Below are positions 1 to 10,318 of a DNA stretch of 64,000 bases, piece after piece (position 1 is the first letter of the stretch; each line of letters starts with the position of its first letter). Source of the DNA: an uncultured Acidobacteriota bacterium (GTDB lineage Bacteria > Acidobacteriota > Thermoanaerobaculia > Multivoradales > UBA5704); contig OY969474.1 in assembly GCA_963700145.1 (NCBI GenBank), forward strand, positions 4,544,001-4,608,000, written 5' to 3'. Made by a program: the position numbers and the translations under genes. The notes below the pieces were generated by a model. The model searched no databases. It had not been told where the DNA came from and worked only from the letters and a program-made list of their open reading frames with translations.

Positions 1-1606
1 AGAACTGGAGGTTCAGGCCCTTGGCGCCAGCTTCGGTCGACACCAGGACCTTCGAGCGGGTCTTGAACTCGTGGACGAGGGCAAGCCGAACCGCCACGTC
101 GCGGCTTGGTCGCGAGTGGGTGGAGAGCTCAGAGCCGACCTCATCCCACCAGCGATCGAGTGCTTGACGTGCGCGCGGGGTGGCGTTGTCGCCGCGAAAC
201 AGCGTGACCTCCTCGTCTTGCACGAGGCCGCTGCCGATTAGAAGGCTCCGCAGGTATTCCTGAGTGACGAGCGACTCGGTGAAGATGACGACCTTGCCGC
301 TGCCCTCGCCGCGGCGGCCGCGATCGAAGATCAAGCGGACGGCCTTGAGGAGGGCGCGCGACTTACCGTCGTCGCGAAGGGCGTTGGCCCGGCGAATGAA
401 GTCCTCGACTCTCGCGAGCTCGCCGCGGGCATTCTCTGGCGCCACCGCAGCGGGGGTCGAGCCAGCTGCAGGCTCGTCGACTTGCTCGACCAGTTCCTCG
501 TCCTCGAGATCCGCCACGAAATCGGCGCCGGCCGCCTCGGCTTCGGGCATGCCCTTCAGAAGGCGGCGTAGACGCCCTGCGACCTTCTCGAGGCTCGCCG
601 CGAGGGCGGCGGTCGAGGAGGCCATGAGCCGATGAAATCCGATGAGGAGAAGCCGACGGTGGTTCCCCTGGAACGCAGCGAGGTTTGGCTCGAGGAGGTA
701 GCGGGTGACGTCTTCGTAGAGGAGGCGCTCGTCGGCGCTCATCGGGTACTCGTAGAGCCGCGCCTGGCGGTCCACGAACGGCCGGCTCAGGAACTCCTGC
801 GCCTGACGCCGCAGGGTCCGCTTGAGAACGACCTGAGTTCGACGGCGCAGCTCGTGCGACTGCCCCTCGGCCATGTCGCGCTCGTCGCGATCGCAGAAGG
901 TGTCGCGGAAGGTGCGGAGGTCACCGAGGAGAGTGCCCGTCGGATCGACGAAGCGAACGAGCGCCCACAGCTCTGACAGGTTGTTCTGGATTGGCGTCGC
1001 CGTGAGGAGCAGGACGGGCGTGCGGCTCGCGCTAATCAGGTCGAAGATCCGGCCCGCCGTGCGCGCCGACGGCGATTCGTCGCGGAGGTTGCCGGCAGCG
1101 TCGAAGCGCCGGTGAAGGCCCGCGAAGCTCTCGTGGGCCTCGTCGATGACGATCAGGTCGAAGGGGTCGCTGGCGAGGAGCGCCGCCTGGCCGCGCTCGC
1201 CCCCGGCAGCCTCGCGCCCCGCCAGGAAGACACCGTCGCCCTCGAATGCTGCGGTGTCAGGCCGCCCTTCGCGCGCGTCGATGCCGAAGAGGGTGTAGAG
1301 CTCCTGCCGCCATTGGCCGAGGAGGGGCTTCGGCACGATCAGCAGGATGCGGCGAGCCCCCTCCGCGCGGAGCTGAGCGATGACCAACCCCGCCTCGATC
1401 GTCTTCCCGAGGCCCACCTCGTCGGCGAGGATGCAGCCGCCCTCCCCGAGCCTCGACAGGGCGAAGATGACGGCTTCGATCTGGTGGGGGTTGGCGTCGA
1501 TATGGCCCGACCGCTGCGGAGCGGCATAGCGGCGCAGCTCGTCGGAGCGGCGCAGGCGGACGAGGTCCTCTGCGTACCATCGCATCTGGAGAGGGTGCAG
1601 GGTCAC
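1..1606 (-). CDS. SNF2/RapA-family (DEAH) helicase, 3' end outside window
   Basis: Manually translated (absent from ORF track because it runs off the edge): GTG start, MTLHPLQMRWY...NPHQIEAV...ILADEVGLGKTIEAG...LIVIDEAH...LLLTATPIQNNLSELW...KVVIFTES...LVSTEAGAKGLNLQF. Confidence 0.92.
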   Translation of the reverse strand, partial: MTLHPLQMRWYAEDLVRLRRSDELRRYAAPQRSGHIDANPHQIEAVIFALSRLGEGGCILADEVGLGKTIEAGLVIAQLRAEGARRILLIVPKPLLGQWRQELYTLFGIDAREGRPDTAAFEGDGVFLAGREAAGGERGQAALLASDPFDLIVIDEAHESFAGLHRRFDAAGNLRDESPSARTAGRIFDLISASRTPVLLLTATPIQNNLSELWALVRFVDPTGTLLGDLRTFRDTFCDRDERDMAEGQSHELRRRTQVVLKRTLRRQAQEFLSRPFVDRQARLYEYPMSADERLLYEDVTRYLLEPNLAAFQGNHRRLLLIGFHRLMASSTAALAASLEKVAGRLRRLLKGMPEAEAAGADFVADLEDEELVEQVDEPAAGSTPAAVAPENARGELARVEDFIRRANALRDDGKSRALLKAVRLIFDRGRRGEGSGKVVIFTESLVTQEYLRSLLIGSGLVQDEEVTLFRGDNATPRARQALDRWWDEVGSELSTHSRPSRDVAVRLALVHEFKTRSKVLVSTEAGAKGLNLQF

Positions 1607-1688
1607 TGAGTTCCTCGACAGCCGCCGATCTGACTCACTGCGGTCGCCTGTACGAGCTTCGCAGCTGGGCCCCTTGGCGCGCCCATGT

Positions 1689-3762
1689 TCACCCTCCGCC
1701 CAGCACCTTCATCGCCGCCGTCTTCGGATCCCCGTAGAAGATCGGATCGACGTGCTCCATGATGTCGGCGCTCACGTCGAGGAAGTTCCGCTTGTTCTCG
1801 ATCGGCACCAAGGCCCGCTTCGCGCCATTGTCCTTCGCGACCTGGAGGGGTTCGGTCAGGGAGCGAACCGGCTTGATGTTGCCTTGCACGCTGAGGTCCC
1901 CGAGGATGAGCAGGGCCGGGCTCATCGGAGCCTTGCGGAGGGCGGAGTAGGCGGCAACGAAGAAGGCGACACCGATCTCGGCTTCCACGCGATTGCCGAG
2001 GAGGTCGATCACCTCGACGTGGAGGTCGGAGTTGTCGAGATCGCGCGCGACGCCCAATTCGCTCTTCTTGGTCTGCAGGTAGCCGAAGGCGCGCTGCACC
2101 GACTCCTTCATCGCGCCGGCGAGCCCGCCCGCCATCTTGAGCTTGCCGGTGCCGGTGGAGACCGAAACCTCGAGCCGGTAGAGACCGACCGTGCCGTCCG
2201 ACGTGACGCCGGCGGTGTACACGGTGCCTGGCGCCAACGGGTCGGATGAGATGAGGTCGCGGCCACCCTGCTCCGGCACACCGACGAACCGCTCCTCGCC
2301 AGTCTGCTGGTCCGTGTAACTGAACGAGGTGTGGTAGTACTCGAAGGACCCCATCTTCTTGAGCTGCTCCTTCACCCGGCGCCGGCCTTCCAGGGCGAGC
2401 TCCAGGATCTCCGCCAGCTCGTCGGGCTCGATCTCGCCGTGCGGGAAGAGGATCTTCATGAGCCCGGAGACCGTCTTGCGCACAGCCTTGCGGTCGCGGG
2501 CGTTGAGGTGCGCTCCGAGAGCGAAGTGGCGGTCGATGACCTCGGTGAAGTTGTGCTTGCGGAGTTCCCGCAACGCCTCCGCCAGGTAGTCGACGACGAA
2601 TCCGTAGTGATCGGTGAACAGGTCGTTGCGCATCTTCGGGATCTCCCACCCGGGGAGATAGAAGTGCAGGCGGTCAATGAAGGCCATGTCCTCGCGGATG
2701 ACGTCGGGCATCGGCGCGAAGAGGTGACCGGTCTGTACCATCACGTCGATCGGCTGGTTGGTGTTGCCGAACATCGCGACGCTCGCCTCGCCCGAGGCCG
2801 CCTCGCTGCCACGCTGGTAGGTGCCCGACTCGCAGTAGGTCTTCATCGTCGTGACGACCTCCTTGGGCATCTTCTGGAGGTCGGCCACCTCGTCGAAACC
2901 GACGACGTCCCAGATCTGCACCATCCCCTTCTGGCGGCCGCTCATGTGACCGAAGAGATTGGCCACGGTCGTCGGCCCAGTCAGCAGCGCGGCGTAGGGG
3001 GACACCTCCTGGATCACGTAGCTCTTGCCAGTCCCGCGCGGGCCGAGCTCGACCAGGTTGAAGTTGCGCTCGGCCAGGGGCACGAGGCGGAGGAGGAAGA
3101 GCATCTTCAGGCGCCGCGTCATCGCGCTCGGCTCGTAGCCCATGCTCCGGACCATCAGGTCGAGCCACTCGTCGGTCGTGACCTCCCGCCGGAGGCGGCG
3201 GTACTCCTCGAGGTCGAACGTCGCGATCTGGATCGGGGTCAGCTTCTCGATCCAGAACGGGTTCTTGCCCTTGGTCTCCTCGTCGTACTCGAAGCGCATG
3301 TCCACCTGCGCCCAGACGCCGCCCATCACCAGGCGCTCGTAGTCGCGGACGTAGTGCTCGGGAATGTGGACGTTGCGGTGACCGAAGTTGTTGAGCTCGG
3401 CCCAGTAGTCGGAGTCGACGAGGCGCACCTTGACCTTGTCGATGAAGGTGTGCCGGCCGCGGTCCTTGACCTTGGCCTGGGCCTTCATCGACTCGTCGGA
3501 CCGGATGTAGTTGTTGGCGAGCGTGTCGTTGACGACCGGAGAGGCCCATCTGGATCGCGAGCTCGTCGCTCGACGCGCAGTACTTTCCGAGTAGGTACTC
3601 GAGGACGAACACAGGGACGTTGGCGCCGACCTTCACCTTGCGGACGAGATCCTTGCGGACGACCTTTCCGGCGAAGAGCCGATTGACCTTGTCGTCGAGC
3701 GGGTCCCTCGGCGGGATCGCGGGGCCCGTGGCCGTCCCATTCAGTGCAGTGCCGTCGCTCAT
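1689..3762 (-). CDS. brxL: BREX Lon-like AAA+ protein BrxL (one frameshift at ~3540, probably sequencing error)
   Basis: N-terminus FAGKVVRKDLVRKVKVGANVPVFVLEYLLGKYC in one frame, continuing in ORF 1689..3488 with Walker A GPRGTGKS, VGFDEVA, AFIDRLHFYLPGWEIPK and a C-terminal Lon-like domain. Confidence 0.93.
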
Positions 3763-3767
3763 GGTCG

Positions 3768-6341
3768 TCAGACTCCGAGTCGAACCGGAATGTCGGTGGG
3801 TGAACGGTAGAGCTCGGCGTCGCTCGCCGGGTCCTGGACGACGACCCGAACGGTGTCCGCTGTCTCGTCTGCCAGCAGCAGGGCGACGGTCACCGGTCGC
3901 CCGGCCTCGATCGTGACGCACCCGGTGGCGCGATCGAATGGCGCGTCGACCACCATGCCCGCCTGCCCGACCTGTCGTCCGCCGGCGACGAGAAGCGGCC
4001 GCACGACCGCTCCGCCACCGGCGAGCGTCATCTGGGCTCCGAGCGACACCGTGACGCTGAAGATGCGGTTCGTCACGACCTCGGGAAGCCCGCTCACGAC
4101 CACACGGGCGGCCCCACTGGATGGTAGAGCGCCCGGGGCCGATCGCCCCGGCGTGCGCAGGGTCAGAACGGGGATCACGACCTCCTGGAGCGACGGTCCG
4201 CCGTGGTGGAACGCGAGATCGCCGCCGGCTCGAAAGACGGCAGCACCGCCGGGGAAGACGAGGTCGAGGTCGGACTCGTAGCCCAGGGTCGTCGCTGAAA
4301 TGCGAAAACACCCGGGCGGGGTCGCCCCGCCTCGTCCGATCCAGCACCTCCGGTGGAGATCCACGGTCTGACCTCCGGGAGAGTCGACGCGCATCGACTC
4401 ATCGCGGTCCGATGCAAAGAAGAGGTGGCCGTGATCGGCCGTCACGACCGCGCTCTCCACCCCTGCATTCGCGAGCTTGCGAATCGCGCGGGCCAGGTTC
4501 TCGATCACCGTGTCCATGACCTGGCGCGCCTGGAAGGTGAAGCCGGTCTCGCCCGCGTGGTCGATCTCCTGCGAGCGTACGAGGACGACCGGCGCGTTCT
4601 CGACCTTCTTGGCGAGCTTGGTCGGCGTGAGACTCAGAAGTTCGTCGAGTGCCAGGTCGACCATCCCCGGGACTCGGGCTGCCGTCCACTTGCGGCGCGC
4701 CGCGAGATCCGGGAGCAGGTTTCCCTCGATGCGCGCTCCGAACTTGCCTCCCTGCTCGGCGATGGAGAAGCTGCCCGAGGCTCCCGGGAGGAGCGCGGCC
4801 ATACCGATCGGCGTAATGCTCGGTAGCACGCCGATCGCGGGTCGCAGCGACACCTCGGAACCGCCGGGTAAGCGGGCGGCCAGCTCGGCGCCCATCTCAT
4901 AACGCATGGCGTCGACGAGGAAATAGGCGCAGGGCTTCGGCCTCACCGAGATGACGCCGCTCCACAGGTCCGTCTGGTGCAGAGTGTCCGGCACCGACCA
5001 AGCGGCCTCCCCCAGCGCGCGCACGAAGCCCTTCGCCATCGCCTGGCAGGCGTCCTCGTAGGCGCGGCGAGCGATACCGAGTGGCTTCTCGGCAGGCTCG
5101 TCGTCGAGGTTAGCGACCCATGCTTCGAGCCGGCGCTGAGTCTGGTCGAGCCGATACCAGCCGGCGTTCGGATCGGTGTAGGCGGACACCCAGCTCGCTG
5201 CGTCCCCCCGAAACTTCGCAACGGCATCCCTGACCTCGATCGCGCGAGCCCCCAGCTCCGCCATCTGGCGCACCGCTTCCCACTGAGCCTTGCGGGCTAC
5301 GACGCGATCTAGCCAGAAGCAGTGATCGCGGGCCACGACGACGCCGAGCGCCTCGGAATGGCGACCCGCCGCGACGAGCTCGCCGGCGTGCTCGAGGAGC
5401 CTGCGCTCCTCGAATCGGAAGGTGTCGATCGATCCCAGCGCTTCGGCGGGCAGGTGTGCGCTGGCGAGACCGAGTTCCTTTTCTACCCCATCCGCGAGCC
5501 GCTCGTAGGCCTCCGGGTGTGTCGTCCGGAGGAGCGCGGCGAGCTGGCGCACGCCGACAACCTCCTCTTTGGAAGGAACTCCTGGAACGCCTTCGAGGGA
5601 GGCCGGCGGGGCGCAGGCGAGGTCGGAGCGGAGCTCGCCGACAAGCAGGTACCGGATGGTGATGGCTCGCAGCTTGGCCACGGGCGCGTCGGCGGACAGG
5701 TCGAGGCCGAGCCGCGCGCGCACGAGCTTGGCCAGCTCCGGCGTCGCGCTCTTGGCCGCAATCGCCTGGTCGTGGGAGTCGCTCGCGAGCCAGGCAGCGA
5801 GCAGGTTGTCGTGGCTGAGCAGCCCCTTCGCCTGCTCAGAGAAGACGGTCTTGAGGACCGAGGGTGCCTCGTCCCCATTTCCCGAGGCGGCTCGTGCGAG
5901 GTCGTGGTAGGAGAGCCCTCGGTCGACCGACAGTAGCTCGTCGACGACGCCGAGGGTGAACCTCTGGAGCAGAAGGTTCCGGGCGAGCTGCCGGAGCTGC
6001 GGCTCCCAGGTCGCCCCCGCCTTCTCGAGCTCCATCAGCACGGAGCCACGCCGGTCGCGTGCCGTGTACGGCAGGTAAAGCACGACCGGCTCCGGTCGGT
6101 CGCTGCAGACCAGCGGCTCGACCGCACTGCGCAGCTCGAAGAGCGAGGCAGAAGACTCCACGAGGTGGACCCTTCGGTCCCCTAGCTGGATCTCGACGGG
6201 CCCACTGCCTCCCGCAGCGCCGCGACGCAGCTCTTCGACGAACGGCGCGAGCTCGGCACGCTCGTCGTACCAGACGACCACGCCTCGGGTGGCGATCTTG
6301 TCGCCGAGTTGCTTCGCGACGTACTCGTGGAGCGGGTGCAT
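3768..6341 (-). CDS. pglZ: BREX PglZ alkaline-phosphatase-superfamily protein
   Basis: Start MHPLHEY overlaps the pglX stop; motifs YFLVDAMRYEMG, PSITPIGMAALLPG, VTADHGH, FHHGGPSLQE. Confidence 0.93.
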   Translation of the reverse strand: MHPLHEYVAKQLGDKIATRGVVVWYDERAELAPFVEELRRGAAGGSGPVEIQLGDRRVHLVESSASLFELRSAVEPLVCSDRPEPVVLYLPYTARDRRGSVLMELEKAGATWEPQLRQLARNLLLQRFTLGVVDELLSVDRGLSYHDLARAASGNGDEAPSVLKTVFSEQAKGLLSHDNLLAAWLASDSHDQAIAAKSATPELAKLVRARLGLDLSADAPVAKLRAITIRYLLVGELRSDLACAPPASLEGVPGVPSKEEVVGVRQLAALLRTTHPEAYERLADGVEKELGLASAHLPAEALGSIDTFRFEERRLLEHAGELVAAGRHSEALGVVVARDHCFWLDRVVARKAQWEAVRQMAELGARAIEVRDAVAKFRGDAASWVSAYTDPNAGWYRLDQTQRRLEAWVANLDDEPAEKPLGIARRAYEDACQAMAKGFVRALGEAAWSVPDTLHQTDLWSGVISVRPKPCAYFLVDAMRYEMGAELAARLPGGSEVSLRPAIGVLPSITPIGMAALLPGASGSFSIAEQGGKFGARIEGNLLPDLAARRKWTAARVPGMVDLALDELLSLTPTKLAKKVENAPVVLVRSQEIDHAGETGFTFQARQVMDTVIENLARAIRKLANAGVESAVVTADHGHLFFASDRDESMRVDSPGGQTVDLHRRCWIGRGGATPPGCFRISATTLGYESDLDLVFPGGAAVFRAGGDLAFHHGGPSLQEVVIPVLTLRTPGRSAPGALPSSGAARVVVSGLPEVVTNRIFSVTVSLGAQMTLAGGGAVVRPLLVAGGRQVGQAGMVVDAPFDRATGCVTIEAGRPVTVALLLADETADTVRVVVQDPASDAELYRSPTDIPVRLGV

Positions 6342-9300
6342 CAGACCTCCTCCGCGAGCCCGGTGCCGGCTCGCTTCCTTCGGCCACCCTTGCGGGGACC
6401 GTTCGCGCCGGTGAGTTGCGGCGCTTCGAGCAGGCTCTTCAGCGCAGCCTTCACAGCCGGCGAGGTACGCTCCCGCACGAGCTCGTCGATCGGTCGGGTT
6501 GGCCTCTTCCGCGCGGCCCACTTCCCGTCGCTGCCCTCGACCCAGAAGACCTCCTCGAGTCCATGGGCAATCGCGAAGCTTCGATCGGTAGCGCACTTCG
6601 GGACCACGCGCTCAGGCCAGAACCGCATCGCCGACCGCGACCAGTCCAGGTCACCGTCACAGAGTTCCTTCCAGGCAGCTTCGGCCTTGGTTCGTGAGTC
6701 CCGGTGAGGAATCAGGCGGAAGAACGGCGCCATATTGATTACGACCCCGTCGTCGACGCTCGGCGCCCACAGCGGGATGACGCGATCCAACTCCCCAGCG
6801 AACTCGCGAAGCTCGGTCACGAGGGCTTCAGCAGCGGCCAGAGCAGCGCGGGTGGCGGTGTTTCCCTTCTCACCGGCTTCGCTTCGTGCGGCCTCAGCAG
6901 CTCGTTCGGCGCGAGCCAGACGTGGCGCGAGGATCTCGTTGCGTAGGATGAACAGGGTGTCGGAGTTTGCTGCATGCGCCATGAGCAGCACGCCGAAGCT
7001 GCCCGACGTGGTGCCAAACCACGTGTAAAGCGGGGCTCGTCGACGTCCCTTGCTGTAGCGGCGCGCATGATCGGTGTAGAAGCCCGACGCACCGGCGTCG
7101 GAGAGGTAACTGCTCAAGTGGTCGACACGAAGAGCACCGCACAATTGCGCGAGGGCGTCGGGCGCAGCGTTCGGCCAGATGTGCGCTAGGGCCTCTTCGA
7201 GGAGACGGTCCGCGAAGTCGGGATCTGCCCGGTCGACGACAACCATGGCCGACGAAGGCAGGTCGATCGGATAGCCCCTCGGCTTGGCCGACTTGAGAAA
7301 GGTGGTCGGCGCAACATCGAAGCAGGCGAGAGGGGAGAGCTTGGGCGCGTCCTCCGCGAAGCGCCGGACGTCGAAGCGTCCGATCGCGACCCCAACCGCC
7401 AGCGACGTGAGCGCGCGCGCCGTCTCCCTCCTGCGATCGTTGTCCAACGCAGGCCGCTGAGGGCACCAGGGGCCATCGGTCGGCGCATCGCACTCGGCGA
7501 ACTCTTCCTTCATTGCCTCGACGTCCTCACGCTTGAAACCGAGCGACGTCGAAACCAGATTGTCGAGCGATGCCCGCGCCGACAGCGCTGCTCCCACCAA
7601 GCGTTCATCTTCGGCCAGCTCGGCGGTGATGAACTCGTCGAGCGTCTTGGCCGTGCAAAGCGCCTGCGAGGGGTGGTACTGATGGGTCGTTTCGTCGTTA
7701 CGCAGCAGCAGCATCGCGGCGCTACTGATCGAGTCACCGAGTTCACCGACCTGCTTCGCCACCTCCGGCGTGAAGTCCGGCCACGGGAGGTCGCCAACCT
7801 GGCCGACCTCATAGTGGTTCTGGTAGGCGCCCTTGCGGCCTTGGATTGACCCGTTCGAGAAGCTGAGGATGTACTCGGCAGGGCGACTCGAGAGATAGCC
7901 GAGCAACGTGCCGGCGCTTGTGCTCTTGGGGAAGGCCACCGACCCCATATGGCCGAATCCAATGCCAGACGGGAACGCGCGCGGGTTGAAGCCGAGGACT
8001 GCCCGCGCCGGGAACGTGACACCGGGGCGGCCGAAGAACTGGATGTTCTGGGGACGCGCCTTTTCGTAGGCACGCACCTCTCGACCATCGCGTTCCCAGC
8101 GGATGATCCAGGTGATGTCGTCCCAGAAGGGACTGTACTCGCTGCTTTTGGCGAACGGCAGCCAGTCCTCTCCAGCACCGACGCGTTCCACCGGCAGTTC
8201 CCACCACGCGCGCACGAAGCGCGGGTCATCGGCGCACGCTACGCCCTGCCTCACCTCCGCGCCGGTGCCTTCGAGCGCCGGGAAACGCGTCAGGTCGGAG
8301 CGCAGTGCGGTCGAGATCCAGTAGACGAGCGGCGACGTCCGATACGCGCGAAGTGCATCGATGGTCACCGCGAAGGCGGGTGGCTGCTCGATTCCTTGGC
8401 GTCGGTCCTTGATGCTCGCAGCGAGCGCGGCCGCCTTGTCTTCGGCGCGGAGGCATCGGAAGAACACCGCCCCGGCCTTCTCTCGCGCGGGACCAACGAC
8501 GGTCGCTGCTGCACCGACGCTCGCATTGTCGAGGACGTGGCCACCAAGGTGAGCCCCCACCGCGACGGAGCTTTCGGCACCGACCAGAATGCGTTGTCGC
8601 CACGTTGCAAGCGTGTGCTTGAACCACAGCGTGCTCGAGGAGACCACGCCCGTGAGCCCGCCGCGGGCCCATCGCGTTGCCGACGCATGTATGAACGCGG
8701 CACCGAGATCGTCGTCGCAGCTCGCCAGGTGTGGGTTGCTCGCCTTCTTCCCTGCGTTGGTCGGCTCACCAAAGGGCGGGTTCATCAAGACGACGTCGAA
8801 CGACTTCTCGGCGACGGCAAGCAGTCCGATGCCCTGCTCGGCATCGTCGGCGAAGAGCCTGCGTCGAGTACTGGTACGCGCCTCCTCCGATACGAAACGA
8901 AGGAGTGCGGCGCGGATGCGCTCCTCCGGCGGCGCGAAGAGGCTCCGGGTCTTGCCCCGCTCTGGTGTCTGACTCATGAACGTCTCGACCGGAAGCAGTA
9001 GACCGAGGTCCCCTGCAAGGTTCAGCTTCGCGACAAGCGCAATGAAGACTCGCCCGAGCTCCGCATCGCCGAGCCGCGAGACGAATTCCTTGGTGAGCTG
9101 CTCGTCGGCGACGAGCGGTTCGGCTATGACAATGTTCGACCGTCGAATCTGCGACCGGTCAACACGGGCAAGCGAGAGATCGCGGAAGGCGCGTTGCGCG
9201 CGCATCCACAGGGCGAGTTGGGCGATCTGTGCGCAGCGCGGATCGATATCGACGCCGTAGAGGTTGTGCGCGACCACCAAACCCGGCACGGCCCTCCGCA

Positions 9301-10306
9301 GTGTCTCGATGCTCGCGTAGTCCTCAGCGATCGTCCTTCCCGTCGCCTCGCTCTTTGGGCTCGCCGGGTCGGCGTGCGCCTCTTCGTAGATCGCGAGCAG
9401 GAGGTCGAAGGCGTAGAGCAGAAAGTGACCGCTGCCGCATGCTGGGTCGAGCACGCGCAGGTCGCGCGGGTCCTTCTTCGCGCGCGGCGCGAACTCCTCG
9501 CCGGGCTTGCGCACCATGTACGCGCATTTGTCCGCGAGCGCGGTCTCCGTGCCGCGCATCTCGTACCAGATGCGACCAAGCGTGTTGTCGGTGAGGAACT
9601 GGACGACGTAGCGCGGCGTGAAGAACTGATTCCGCACGGCCAGCTCGCGGCTGTTGCGCGGCTCTTGGCTCTCCTCGCGCATCTTGCGGCGCTCGTCGCC
9701 GCCGTTGAAGTACTGGTAGACCCAGCCGATCGTCTCGTCCTCGCCCCAGACGCTCGCCAGCTCCGCGCCATTCAGGAGGGCGAGCAGCGCCTCGAAGGCG
9801 GCCCTGCGCGGCCAGAGCACCGACGCCGGGTCGCGTCGGTCGAAGAGGACCTTGATCTCGGTGGAAAGCTCGTCGAATAGAGATTCGATGTAGAGCCGAT
9901 ACCCCGTGCTGTCAGGGAGAAGGAGGAGGCCGGCGGCCAAGCCGCAGAACTCCCGGTAGCCCGCCGAGTCTTCTCCCTTGCTGATGCACTCCTGCACCAG
10001 ATCGCGCGCCTCCAGCATCTTGAGCGCCACGAACCGGTTGAGCGTCGTGAACGCGGCGTCGCGGAGATAGTCCGCTATGGCCTCGGCATCCTTCATCCCG
10101 GCAGCGCGCTTGTGCTCGATCGAGGCCACGATCCGCTCGCGCTGGGCTGCGCGACGGGGATCGAGGTGCCGGCCGGCTACCGCCGCGACGGCGCCCGAGC
10201 GTTGGACATCGAAGTCGCCCTCGAGCTGCGCGGCGAAGTCCTCCGCGAGCAGGCCCCGGGCGCGCTGCGTCGCCCGTTCGATGGCGTTGCGTGTGTCCTT
10301 GTCCAT
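6341..10306 (-). CDS. pglX: BREX adenine DNA methyltransferase PglX (BrxX)
   Basis: 1321 aa; QFFTPRYVV, motif I LDPACGSGHFL, motif IV MNPPF; C-terminal DDGVVINMAP; lies between brxC and pglZ. Confidence 0.93.
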   Translation of the reverse strand: MDKDTRNAIERATQRARGLLAEDFAAQLEGDFDVQRSGAVAAVAGRHLDPRRAAQRERIVASIEHKRAAGMKDAEAIADYLRDAAFTTLNRFVALKMLEARDLVQECISKGEDSAGYREFCGLAAGLLLLPDSTGYRLYIESLFDELSTEIKVLFDRRDPASVLWPRRAAFEALLALLNGAELASVWGEDETIGWVYQYFNGGDERRKMREESQEPRNSRELAVRNQFFTPRYVVQFLTDNTLGRIWYEMRGTETALADKCAYMVRKPGEEFAPRAKKDPRDLRVLDPACGSGHFLLYAFDLLLAIYEEAHADPASPKSEATGRTIAEDYASIETLRRAVPGLVVAHNLYGVDIDPRCAQIAQLALWMRAQRAFRDLSLARVDRSQIRRSNIVIAEPLVADEQLTKEFVSRLGDAELGRVFIALVAKLNLAGDLGLLLPVETFMSQTPERGKTRSLFAPPEERIRAALLRFVSEEARTSTRRRLFADDAEQGIGLLAVAEKSFDVVLMNPPFGEPTNAGKKASNPHLASCDDDLGAAFIHASATRWARGGLTGVVSSSTLWFKHTLATWRQRILVGAESSVAVGAHLGGHVLDNASVGAAATVVGPAREKAGAVFFRCLRAEDKAAALAASIKDRRQGIEQPPAFAVTIDALRAYRTSPLVYWISTALRSDLTRFPALEGTGAEVRQGVACADDPRFVRAWWELPVERVGAGEDWLPFAKSSEYSPFWDDITWIIRWERDGREVRAYEKARPQNIQFFGRPGVTFPARAVLGFNPRAFPSGIGFGHMGSVAFPKSTSAGTLLGYLSSRPAEYILSFSNGSIQGRKGAYQNHYEVGQVGDLPWPDFTPEVAKQVGELGDSISSAAMLLLRNDETTHQYHPSQALCTAKTLDEFITAELAEDERLVGAALSARASLDNLVSTSLGFKREDVEAMKEEFAECDAPTDGPWCPQRPALDNDRRRETARALTSLAVGVAIGRFDVRRFAEDAPKLSPLACFDVAPTTFLKSAKPRGYPIDLPSSAMVVVDRADPDFADRLLEEALAHIWPNAAPDALAQLCGALRVDHLSSYLSDAGASGFYTDHARRYSKGRRRAPLYTWFGTTSGSFGVLLMAHAANSDTLFILRNEILAPRLARAERAAEAARSEAGEKGNTATRAALAAAEALVTELREFAGELDRVIPLWAPSVDDGVVINMAPFFRLIPHRDSRTKAEAAWKELCDGDLDWSRSAMRFWPERVVPKCATDRSFAIAHGLEEVFWVEGSDGKWAARKRPTRPIDELVRERTSPAVKAALKSLLEAPQLTGANGPRKGGRRKRAGTGLAEEV

Positions 10307-10318
10307 CCGAGGCGCCCT

